Under the pieces are notes generated by a model that was not told where the DNA came from, ran no database searches, and saw nothing but the letters and a program-made list of their open reading frames with translations. A stretch of DNA of 64,000 nucleotides. Origin: an uncultured Clostridia bacterium (GTDB taxonomy: Bacteria; Bacillota; Clostridia; Oscillospirales; Acutalibacteraceae). The first letter of the stretch is position 1. Each line of letters begins with the position of its first letter. The stretch covers positions 6,799-70,798 of the forward strand of contig CAMUZI010000004.1 in assembly GCA_947165155.1 (NCBI GenBank), read 5' to 3'. Shown piece after piece: positions 53,550 through 62,674 of the stretch. The position numbers and the translations under genes were made by a program.

Positions 53550-53960
53550 CCTATACACCGCAAGACGAAATCAAGACTATCACGAAAAACGAAATAAAAT
53601 CATACCTTTGACTAGCAGCCTATCTATTTTCGCCTTTTTGCTCTCTAATCAAATTGAATGGTAAATGCATATCAAAATCAAAAGTCCCCTCAAATTGCAA
53701 AGCATCAATTTTCTTACCTAAACCCTCACGTTTCGCTGTTTTTGGTTCTGAGGTTTTGTCATTTTTGTGACCTATACACCGCAAGACGAAATCAAGACTA
53801 TCACGAAAAACGAAATAAAATCATACCTTTGACTAGCATGCTCACCATTTTGCTTCATCTATCTATTTTCGCCTTTTTGCTCTCTAATCAAATTTAATGG
53901 TAAATGCATATCAAAATCAAAAGTCCCCTCGAGCTGCAAAGTTTTTACTTTTTTGTCTAA
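53436..53960. repeat. Tandem repeat (221- and 240-bp units plus a diverged third copy) derived from the amidase gene 3-prime end
   Basis: AATGG(C/T)AA..TATCAAAATC(G/A)AAAGTCCCCTC recurs at 53436, 53657 and 53897. Copies 1 and 2 are nearly identical apart from a ~19-bp insertion. Copy 3 is diverged and forms the functional end of the minus-strand amidase gene. Confidence 0.9.
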
Positions 53961-54827
53961 GCTCTCACTTTTTGCCGCCTTCGGCTTCGAGGCTTTGTTA
54001 CCCTCATGGTGTTTTTTTTCTTTTTTGCCCGATTTTTTTTCCTTCTTCTCCTTCTTAGAAGATTTGTCTTTTTTATTTTCTTTCTTTTTTTCCTTTTCTT
54101 TAATAGTAAACAATCTGAAATATTCAGTTATTCCTTTACACACTGCCTCAGCAAAATCATTCTGACGATTTATTAATTTATTGGCATCCGATCTATTAGT
54201 AATGAAAGCAAGTTCCACAAGAGCGGCAGGCATATTGGTATTTTTTATAACGTAAAAATCCTCCGTCTTAACTCCGCGATCTGTAGTCCCCAATTTCGAA
54301 GTCACAGCACTTAAAGTCAGAGCAGCCAACAGACCAGACTGACTGTATCTCATGTCATTTAGCGGGTCGCCTTCACCTTTATATATGTAGCACTCGGTAC
54401 CGTTAGCCAACTCTTTATCGAATGAATTACAATGAATCGAAACAAATACATCTGCTCCCCAATTATTTGCCTTATTTACCCTTTCAGCGAGACCAGAAGT
54501 TTGATTGGTTCCCAGGACTACTTTTTCGTCTGGACGCGAAAGCATCACCTCGTAATTTCCTTTCTTCTCAAGCAACTCTTTTACTTTCTTACCGATACTA
54601 AAAGTTACATCTCCTTCATCAAGGCCCTCCAACCCCTTGGCGCCCACGCCAAAAGAAGTGCCTTTCGGATTATGCCCCTGATCTATGAATACCTTATGTT
54701 TTTTTACAACCACAGCCCCACTCACCTTTTTAGTCTCGTCAGCCAAAGATGTACTTTTTGTCAAACCCAGTAAAAAAAGTACAGACATAAATCTACAAAA
54801 CAATATACGCCTAGTGATTGAATACAT
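53859..54827 (-). CDS. N-acetylmuramoyl-L-alanine amidase (Amidase_3) with signal peptide and lysine-rich C-terminal tail
   Basis: GGAGG RBS and a signal-like N-terminus. FIDQGHNPKG, VFVSIHCNSF and LVELAFITN motifs. The tail reads KEKEKKKENKKDKSSKKEKKEKKSGKKEKK..LQLEGTFDFDMHLP. Confidence 0.85.
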   Translation of the reverse strand: MYSITRRILFCRFMSVLFLLGLTKSTSLADETKKVSGAVVVKKHKVFIDQGHNPKGTSFGVGAKGLEGLDEGDVTFSIGKKVKELLEKKGNYEVMLSRPDEKVVLGTNQTSGLAERVNKANNWGADVFVSIHCNSFDKELANGTECYIYKGEGDPLNDMRYSQSGLLAALTLSAVTSKLGTTDRGVKTEDFYVIKNTNMPAALVELAFITNRSDANKLINRQNDFAEAVCKGITEYFRLFTIKEKEKKKENKKDKSSKKEKKEKKSGKKEKKHHEGNKASKPKAAKSESLDKKVKTLQLEGTFDFDMHLPLNLIREQKGENR

Positions 54828-54996
54828 AAAATACCTCCAAAAATTTACAAAATCACATGGTTTAGATGTAAATTATAGCATAAACATCATATCTTGTCAA
54901 ATAATGTAGTAAAAAAATTTTTATGTATGTCTTTCCAAAAATTTTATCCATGAATGTAGAATTTTACATTTTATTCATATATAATGAGGGCATGAT

Positions 54997-55072
54997 GCTA
55001 CCGTAGCTCAGTAGGCAGAGCACGTCCTTGGTAAGGACGAGGTCAGCGGTTCGAGCCCGCTCGGTAGCTCCA
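54997..55072 (+). tRNA. tRNA-Thr (anticodon GGT), CCA encoded
   Basis: Manual cloverleaf: acceptor GCTACCG/CGGTAGC, D arm GCTC..GAGC, anticodon stem CGTCC/GGACG with loop TTGGTAA, T arm AGCGG-TTCGAGC-CCGCT, and 3-prime TCCA. Confidence 0.93.
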
Positions 55073-55085
55073 TCAACTCAAAACT

Positions 55086-55118
55086 GCACCTCCAGTGATG
55101 TTTTTGGAGGTGCTTTTT
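55086..55118 (+). terminator. Rho-independent terminator after tRNA-Thr
   Basis: GCACCTCCA..TGGAGGTGC stem followed by TTTTT. Confidence 0.8.
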
Positions 55119-55387
55119 GCTGTGTGGATTTACAAAAAATTATAAACTTTTCTGTTTAGTGTTTTGACCCGAACTTTAACTTTTTATAAAAATAAGTGGA
55201 ATATTACGAAAAAATCTTTTTATTAACTACGGCGTGTCACTCAAAAGTACACTAAATCACAAATTTAGACTTCTATTGAATTTTCAAATTAAACCCCACT
55301 TTCAGGTGACATAAACCAAGCTAAATTACTGTCCAAGAAGAATTTTTCATCTAACCGACCCATCGATTAGAAATGTATCAAAAAGAA

Positions 55388-57988
55388 TCATAAATTCAGC
55401 TTGTCAAGATTTGAAATCAAATCTTTGAGTTTCGATTTACTCTTGCTTAATGTTTCCTCTACAGATGAAATTACGTCTTTTGGAGCTTTTTGTGTAAATT
55501 CTTTATTCTGTAACATACTTTCACTCTTTTTTATATTACTTTTAACTGTTTCGATATCTTTAGCAAGCTGATCTTTTAATTTTTCAATATCTGCTAACTC
55601 TTCCATATCTACGTAAATTTTCGCAAAATCGAGAATTATACATGTAGCTTTCTTACTTTCTGGCTTTCCAAATTTAATACCTTCTACCTTTGAAAGAGTC
55701 TTTATCTTATCCAAATGGCGCTCAAACAAACCATGATCTTCCGATTCAACAAATATATTTATCAATTTAGAAGCAGGAGTGCCCATTTCATTTCTCTTAT
55801 TTCTAATCGAATGAATAACTGAGATTATTTTCTTAATTTCGTATTCCGCACTCTTATTCTCTAACTTTTCATCATAATCTATATAGCTAGACGATATTAA
55901 AGGAGAATTTTTAAAAATAGACCATATCTTTTCAGTAACAAATGGTATAAACGGATGTAACATTTTTACGATTCTTAAAAAGAAATTGCACGAGTTAGAA
56001 ACTGCTGAAGAATTGTTTTTAAAATCAATCTTACAAAATTCAAGATACCAATCGCAGAACTCATCCCAGAAAAGTGAATAGATCTTTTGCAACGCCACTC
56101 CGAACTCAAATCTTTCCAAGTTCTCTCTTACCTCTTTTGAAACCTCATTTATTCTGCTCAAAATCCAAGAATCAAATATCGATAAAGATTCAACTTTATC
56201 ATCCAGCTTCTTTTCACCGAGGTTCATATGCAAAAATCTAGAAGCATTCCATATTTTGTTAACAAAATTTCTATTTCCCTCAAGCTTACTTTCTAAAAAT
56301 CTAGTATCGTTTCCAAGAGTAAGCCCCATAACCAACGTCAAGCGAAGAGAATCTGCTCCGTATTCTGATATTACCTCAAGAGGATCAATGCCATTTCCAA
56401 GAGATTTAGACATCTTTCGCCCTTTGGAATCCCTAACTAATCCGTGAATCAGAACCTTTTTAAATGGTATTTCTTTCGTAAGCTTAAGAGAAGAAAAAAT
56501 CATCCTCGCAACCCAAAAGAATATAATATCATACCCTGTAACTAGCACATCTGTTGGGAAGAATCTATCTAATTGTTTAGTTTTATCTGGCCATCCTAAA
56601 ATTGCAAATGGCCAAAGTGCAGCGGAAAACCAAGTATCCAACGAATTTTCATCAAACCCTATATTTTTCGAATTACACTTCTCGCACTTAGATATCTTTT
56701 CTCTAAAGCAACCCATATTTTTACAATCAGGGCAGTAATAAACGGGTATCTGGTGTCCCCACCAAAGCTGACGAGATATGCACCAATCTTTTATGTTTTC
56801 CATCCAGTGCATATAGGTCTTTGAAAAACGTTCTGGATAAAAGCTAATTTTTCCATTCTTAACAGCATCGATGGCCGGTTTTGCAAGATCTTTCATTTTA
56901 ACAAACCACTGGTCAGAAATTAAAGGTTCAATTACAGTTTCACACCTAGAACATATTCCAACGTTATTGTTTATCTTCTCACGTTTGATTACCAAATCAT
57001 TTTCAGTAAGATCATCGATGATCTTCTTCCTAGCTTCGAATCTATCCAGACCGTTATACTTTCCACATTTTTCATTGAGAATTCCATTTGTGTCTATAAC
57101 CGAAATAGCTTCCAAATTATTTCTTTCGCCTATTTCAAAATCTGCAAAATCGTGCGCAGGAGTTACCTTTAAAACACCCGTTCCGAATGATTTATCGACG
57201 TAAGAATCAGAAATAATCGGAATCTCTCTTTCAACAATCGGAATCAAAACTTTAGAGCCTATGTATTGTGCATATCTTTCATCATCTGGGTTAACAGCAA
57301 GAGCAACATCCCCAAAAATAGTTTCAGGACGAGTTGTTGCAACGGTCAAAAATGCAGACCTATCAGGAAAATAGTATTTTAAGTGGATTAGCTCACCATT
57401 TGATTCTTTAAAGTCAACTTCGATATCTGATATCGAAGTTTTGCAGTTAATACACCAATTAACTATTCTGTTACCTTTGTATATTAACCCTTCTTTATAA
57501 AGTGTGCAGAAAAAATCTCTAACAGATCGATAATACCCATCATCCATAGTAAAGCGTTCTCGCTTCCAATCACAAGAAGCTCCTAATTTTCTTATTTGAC
57601 GTACTATATTCCCACCATATTCTTTTTTCCAAGCAAAAGCGCGCTCCATAAATTTTTCTCGACCTATCTTTTCTTTTGTCAACCCCTCGCTTCTCAATTT
57701 AGCAACTATTCTCGCCTCTGTTGCCATAGCAGCGTGATCAGTTCCTGGAATCCAAAATACTTCCTTTCCACACATCCGATTGTACCTGATTAAAACATCC
57801 TGAATAGTATTATCAAGAGCGTGTCCCATATGAAGATTGCCGGTTATATTAGGGGGAGGCATAGCAATCGTATAGGCCTCCTTTTTTGAATCGAAATCTG
57901 CATCAAAACACCCATTATCTTCCCAAAACTTATAAATCTCATCCTCAAACTTACAAGGATCGTATATTTTATCTAACTTTTCACACAT
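55388..57988 (-). CDS. valS: Valine--tRNA ligase
   Basis: PPPNITGNLHMGHAL (HIGH), KMSKSLGN (KMSKS), and a C-terminal coiled coil. ATG 57988 follows GGAGG. Confidence 0.96.
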   Translation of the reverse strand: MCEKLDKIYDPCKFEDEIYKFWEDNGCFDADFDSKKEAYTIAMPPPNITGNLHMGHALDNTIQDVLIRYNRMCGKEVFWIPGTDHAAMATEARIVAKLRSEGLTKEKIGREKFMERAFAWKKEYGGNIVRQIRKLGASCDWKRERFTMDDGYYRSVRDFFCTLYKEGLIYKGNRIVNWCINCKTSISDIEVDFKESNGELIHLKYYFPDRSAFLTVATTRPETIFGDVALAVNPDDERYAQYIGSKVLIPIVEREIPIISDSYVDKSFGTGVLKVTPAHDFADFEIGERNNLEAISVIDTNGILNEKCGKYNGLDRFEARKKIIDDLTENDLVIKREKINNNVGICSRCETVIEPLISDQWFVKMKDLAKPAIDAVKNGKISFYPERFSKTYMHWMENIKDWCISRQLWWGHQIPVYYCPDCKNMGCFREKISKCEKCNSKNIGFDENSLDTWFSAALWPFAILGWPDKTKQLDRFFPTDVLVTGYDIIFFWVARMIFSSLKLTKEIPFKKVLIHGLVRDSKGRKMSKSLGNGIDPLEVISEYGADSLRLTLVMGLTLGNDTRFLESKLEGNRNFVNKIWNASRFLHMNLGEKKLDDKVESLSIFDSWILSRINEVSKEVRENLERFEFGVALQKIYSLFWDEFCDWYLEFCKIDFKNNSSAVSNSCNFFLRIVKMLHPFIPFVTEKIWSIFKNSPLISSSYIDYDEKLENKSAEYEIKKIISVIHSIRNKRNEMGTPASKLINIFVESEDHGLFERHLDKIKTLSKVEGIKFGKPESKKATCIILDFAKIYVDMEELADIEKLKDQLAKDIETVKSNIKKSESMLQNKEFTQKAPKDVISSVEETLSKSKSKLKDLISNLDKLNL

Positions 57989-58339
57989 AAAGACCTCCAA
58001 AGATATAAAGTATCTCCTCATTATATCAGATTGTTTACGAAAAGCTATCTGACACATAATCTTGAATTCAAAAAAAAAATTATCTGTGACTCGATTATTT
58101 ACTCCGGTTTAAGAAGAAAAAAACAAAACGGATAGTAAAATTTTTATAACTAAAGTTAATCTTCTTACATGATAATATTTCTCAGATAATTCTAAGAAAA
58201 GAAACCACATTATAAAATATAAATAATAAACACAAAATAAAAAAAAGTAAAAAATGAAAACATACAAGATCTTCTATTGTAAAACTCTCATAAAAAATCC
58301 AATTATCAGGATCTACAACTTTTTATTTTGATTAAGATC

Positions 58340-58609
58340 TTAAATATTTAAAACAGTGTTTATTTGATCTTCAGATACTAACTCCACTCCCAATTTTTTT
58401 GCTTTTTCAAGTTTGGAACCAGGATTTTTCCCACATATTAGATATGACACAGTTTTGTTTACTGAAGATAAAACTTTTATCCCATTATCATTTAAAAGCC
58501 GTGTTAACTCTTCTCTAGTATAAAATTCAAACTTTCCGGTCAAACAGCAGGTTATTTGTTTGTTATACACATTAAGTCTCTGAATATATTTCGTATTTAT
58601 TCCAAGCAA
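58340..58609 (-). pseudogene. Isolated BRCT-domain fragment resembling the C-terminus of NAD-dependent DNA ligase
   Basis: LTGKFEFYTREELTRLLNDNGIKVLSSVNKTVSYLICGKNPGSKLEKAKKLGVELVSE matches the LigA BRCT pattern (LTG.l....R.e....ie..G.kv..SVSkkT.ylv.G...GSKl.KA..LGv.i..E). No adenylation or OB domains lie upstream. Confidence 0.6.
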
Positions 58610-58611
58610 CT

Positions 58612-58770
58612 TTAAATTATGGATATTCCAGTAGGAATTTTAACCAAGTCTCCAAACCCTATTGTTACTTCTCTATCAAGACAAGCATACAAATCATATC
58701 CCGCAGAGCCCTCTGTTGCCCTTGTAGGGATAATCGCATTTTTTCTCAACTTAACAATTTTCAAATTCAT
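58612..58770 (-). pseudogene. dut: Truncated dUTPase (first ~50 codons only)
   Basis: MNLKIVKLRKNAIIPTRATEGSAGYDLYACLDREVTIGFGDLVKIPTGISI covers dUTPase motifs 1-2, then hits a stop. Motifs 3-5 are absent. Confidence 0.65.
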
Positions 58771-58771
58771 T

Positions 58772-59494
58772 CTAATTCTCCCAAAAAGATTTGAAATTAT
58801 CATCACCTGATAGTACATTTTTGATTCTTGTTTGTAAATTTTCCTGATTTTCTTCATTTGTACAAAGCACAAAATAGCTAAAAAGTTGAACCGAATCTAG
58901 AAAATTAACCGATTCCTTAGATGATTCAATAAAACTCGAAATTTTATTTTTTATTTCTGATCTATTTGAATCCTCTGAAAAATAACCATAAATGTATTCT
59001 AAGTAATCATATGCATTGTTCAATTCTTGGCGAATTTCTTCCAAACTTGTATTCTTGGGATTTTTACAAATATCGTCACCTGACAATTTTAAAATATCTA
59101 TAAAATCTTTAAACTTATCGTATGGATAGTCTTTTAATAAGTTTAAATAAGAGAGAAAATTAATAGAAACACTTAATTTAAAGAACATTTGACAAACTTC
59201 AAAGAACAAATTCATGTGGGCTTTATTACTTACATCTACTTTTCCATTGTCTCCTTTTTTACCACTCATACCCATCAACGAACAAGTTCGAACATAATTG
59301 TTAGCGATAATGCAATCGATGTAATTATCAAGTCTTTGATTAATACTTTCCACTCCTCGAACAGATTCAAAATAATCACCAAAATTATTAAAATTAAAAT
59401 CAATGCCGGAATAGTTATTTACACAAAACACAGAAATCACCCCTCTCAAAATCAGTGAGAGTACGAGTGTACCAAAACCCAAAAATATAGTCAA
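58772..59494 (-). CDS. Hypothetical membrane-anchored protein (start doubtful)
   Basis: 240-codon ORF with an N-terminal hydrophobic helix. TTG start without an RBS, directly abutting an IS-end-like CATTGCTAAAAA at about 59508, so the 5-prime end may be disrupted. Confidence 0.4.
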   Translation of the reverse strand: MTIFLGFGTLVLSLILRGVISVFCVNNYSGIDFNFNNFGDYFESVRGVESINQRLDNYIDCIIANNYVRTCSLMGMSGKKGDNGKVDVSNKAHMNLFFEVCQMFFKLSVSINFLSYLNLLKDYPYDKFKDFIDILKLSGDDICKNPKNTSLEEIRQELNNAYDYLEYIYGYFSEDSNRSEIKNKISSFIESSKESVNFLDSVQLFSYFVLCTNEENQENLQTRIKNVLSGDDNFKSFWEN

Positions 59495-59626
59495 TATTAC
59501 CTATGTATCATTGCTAAAAATGGATAAAAATAGTGAATTTATACATTCGAAAAATAAAATAGAAAAAAATGTTAACCATCTATCTTAGAAATTTTTTCAA
59601 CTAATGCGTTTAGACTGTCTTGTTGT

Positions 59627-60344
59627 GGCATTGCAAAAATAGGATATAAATAGGAAAGAGAAGATATGAAAAACGAAATGAAATATCTAAAATGTGGACA
59701 AACATAAAGAACAAAAAGTGGATTTCACAGAGATAAGCAAAGGTATAAATGTAAAAATTGTGGATGCAACTATACTGGCGGAAGAAATAGTTACTCAGAA
59801 GATATAAAACAAAAAGCAATAAAATATTACTCAGAAGGTAATGGATTTAAAAGAATTGAAAGATTACTTCATGTTATTCATGTGTCCATAATAAATTGGG
59901 TAAAGCAGGTTGCAGATAAAATACGTAAAATGAGGACATTTAGTAATAAGAAAACGAATATTCTAGAACTTGACGAAATGTGTGAATTTTAAAAAAAATA
60001 TGGCTTTGAACGGCTGTAAATCGAGAGACTAAAAAGTTTGTTAGTTTTTTCGTAGGTGATCGCAGTTCTAAAAGCTTTGAGAAACTTTGTGAAAATATTT
60101 CTCATATTGAGGCTAAATTTTATGCTACATATGAATTCCCAGTATACGATATCGTTCCACCAAACATCTGATTGGCAAATCTCATACTATACCGTTGAAC
60201 GTATGAACCGTCTTCTTCGACATTATCTTGCACGCTTTTCTTGCAAAACTTATTGCTGGTCTAAAAGTTTAAATATGATTGTTTACTCCCTCTTACTGTT
60301 TTTTTACCGTGATTATTTCTCTGCTATGTGCTTTTAGCAATGTC
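59627..60344 (+). mobile_element. Decayed IS1-family insertion sequence, copy 2
   Basis: Ends GGCATTGCAAAAAT (59627) and CTTTTAGCAATGTC (60331-60344). The interior reads in pieces as zinc finger (..KGINVKIVDATILAEEIVTQ.. out of frame), HVSIINWVKQVADKIRKM, LDEMC and ..RLLRHYLARFSCKTYCWSKSLNMIVYSLLLF, with several stops and frameshifts. Confidence 0.8.
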
Positions 60345-60437
60345 ACTAATTGGTAAAACAAGCCAAAAAGATGTATATTTGAAATATGGGCTCTTGGGAG
60401 AAGTGGCTAGTAAACGAGTAATGAAAAGAGGACACTT

Positions 60438-61364
60438 TTGATTTATTATTACAAAACGTTGAGCGGATTTATATATAAGAAGGATAGTTGCGAGAACGGA
60501 ACATGGGTAAACTGTATGTCTCCTACTGCTGAGGAAGTCGCTTTTCTTTCGGAGCATTTTGAAATTGATATGGACTTTTTGAAGGGTGCACTCGATGAAG
60601 AAGAAGCATCACGGACGGATTACGATAATGGGGTTATATTGATAGTCATAGATGTGCCAGTTGAAGCTAAATCTGACCGCATGATGATGTACTACACTAC
60701 CCCTCTAGTAATTTTTCTCACGAGTGAAAATGTTATAACAGTTTCTTTGAAGGGAAATGACATAACAAATTCGTTTGCTTCTGGTAGGGTGAGAAATGCC
60801 GACACTAATGATGTTTCGAGTTTTGTTCTGAATATTGTCCTCTTTGTGGCAAGAAAATACCTTAGTTATCTAAATAAAATAATCAAAAATAGCAATCGAA
60901 TTGAAAAGACTCTTAAAAAATCTATGAAAAACAAGGAATTGATACAGCTTTTGGAAATAAAAAAATCACTAGTTTATTTTTCATCTTCATTGAAAACCTC
61001 GAAGGCTACATTGGAAAAGCTTTTTAGAGTTGGGCTTATAGCTAAAGACGAGAACAACACAGAGCTTATGGATGATGTCATAATCGAATTAAAACAAGCA
61101 ATTGAAATGACTGATACATATATGAATATAATTTCTGGAACTATGGAGGCTTTTGCGTCAATTATCTCGAATAATTTGAACATTGTGATGAAGATTTTGG
61201 CCTCAATAACCCTTATTATTTCAATTCCGACGGTAATTTCTGGAATATACGGAATGAACACACCCGGACTTCCATTCATGGATTGCTGGTGGTTCCCCGT
61301 AGTACTCTCTTTTTTACTGATGGCGATTTCTTTTAAAATACTTAAAGACAAAGATATGCTCTAA
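60438..61364 (+). CDS. corA: CorA-family magnesium/cobalt transporter
   Basis: 308 aa with a cytoplasmic N-domain, two C-terminal TM helices, and the YGMN signature (ISGIYGMNTPGLPFM). Confidence 0.88.
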   Translation: MIYYYKTLSGFIYKKDSCENGTWVNCMSPTAEEVAFLSEHFEIDMDFLKGALDEEEASRTDYDNGVILIVIDVPVEAKSDRMMMYYTTPLVIFLTSENVITVSLKGNDITNSFASGRVRNADTNDVSSFVLNIVLFVARKYLSYLNKIIKNSNRIEKTLKKSMKNKELIQLLEIKKSLVYFSSSLKTSKATLEKLFRVGLIAKDENNTELMDDVIIELKQAIEMTDTYMNIISGTMEAFASIISNNLNIVMKILASITLIISIPTVISGIYGMNTPGLPFMDCWWFPVVLSFLLMAISFKILKDKDML

Positions 61365-61727
61365 TTTTAAATGACAAAAGTATAAACAGGCGGAAAAAAC
61401 ACATTGAGCATTAAACTTGTCCCTGGTTGTACTTTCCGGGCCCTGCTCGATTTTTCTTTGTAGAATCTTTAGATCCAAAGAAACCTTCGCAAACTTCGTT
61501 CCTTGTCTATCAGCTTTACCATTTATTAGCCTGAAGAGCGCTCCCGCCACCAACCTCATTACCTTCAGTTTCTCTGTATTCAGTAATCCCCTTTTGATTT
61601 TTTTGCATAGAACCAAAAAACCTCTTTTTCCCCCGCCAAGAACACAGAAACCGAACACAATGCTGCCAGTAACAACGAAACTAACTTCTCACTTCTTACA
61701 CCTTCTACTTAGAAACCGCTACAAAAG

Positions 61728-61801
<74 letters not shown>

Positions 61802-61855
61802 ACCTTTTCAGTCTATAACAGTCTAAATTTTTTGTCAAGTATAAAACAAAGGCAA

Positions 61856-62579
61856 GCATTGTTAAAAGTAAATGGATGACGTAAAATGCAAAGCATGATA
61901 GAAGAGAAAAAATGTCCAAAATGTGGACGAAAAGAAAAAGTGAAAAATGGATTTATGAGGGGAAAGCAAAGGTATAAATGTAAAAATTGTTGACGTAACT
62001 ATGACTGGCGGAAGAAATGGTTATTCAGAAGATATAGATCAAAAAGCAATAAAATATTACTTGGAAGGTAATAGGTTTAAAAGAATTGAAAGATTGCTTC
62101 ATGTTAGTCATGTGTCCATAATAAATTGGGTAAAAGCAGGCTGCAGATAAAATATGTAAAATGAGGATATTTTGATAACAAGAAAATGAATATTCTAGGA
62201 CTTGTGAGATGTGTGCGAATTTAAAAAAAATATAGCCCTGGACGGCTGTAAGTCGAGAGACTGAAGAACTTGTTTTTTTTCTAGATGATCGCAGTTCTGA
62301 GGGCTTTGAGAGACTTTGTGAAAATATATTTCTCATATTGAGGCTAAATTTCATACTACAGGTAAATTCCCAGCATTCGATATCATCACCCAAAATAAAC
62401 ATCTGATCGGCAAGTCCCACATTTTTACCGTTGAACGTATGAAGCGTCTTTTTCGACATTATCCTGTATGCTTTTCTCGCAAAACTTACTGCTGTTCTAA
62501 AAGTTCAAATATGATTGTTTACTCCCTCTTATTGTTTTGTATCGTGATTATTTCTCTTCTATGCGCTTTTAGCAATGCC
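61856..62579 (+). mobile_element. Decayed IS1-family insertion sequence, copy 3
   Basis: Left end GCATTGTTAAAAG and right end CTTTTAGCAATGCC (62566-62579). It encodes MQSMIEEKKCPKCGRKEKVKNGFMRGKQRYKCKNC followed by a TGA stop and a later frame-broken InsB-like sequence (..MKRLFRHYPVCFSRKTYCCSKSSNMIVYSLLLF). Confidence 0.8.
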
Positions 62580-62674
62580 AGCATTACCAATGCCTTGACT
62601 TTTAAAAATATAGTTGTTATAATGAACTCTGGATGTGAGATGTTACACATCCAAATATTTTTAAGGAGGAATTT

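Noticed and set aside
53437-53897. Two nearly identical 75-79-aa ORFs (53437..53664 and 53658..53897)
   Set aside because: They are by-products of the 221/240-bp tandem repeat. Their sequence is the antisense of amidase-tail copies, and they have no RBS.
57989-58330. Expected T-box leader upstream of valS
   Set aside because: Neither strand shows the conserved T-box sequence (AATTAGGGTGGTACCGCG-like) or a specifier/terminator arrangement. The region is simply very AT-rich.
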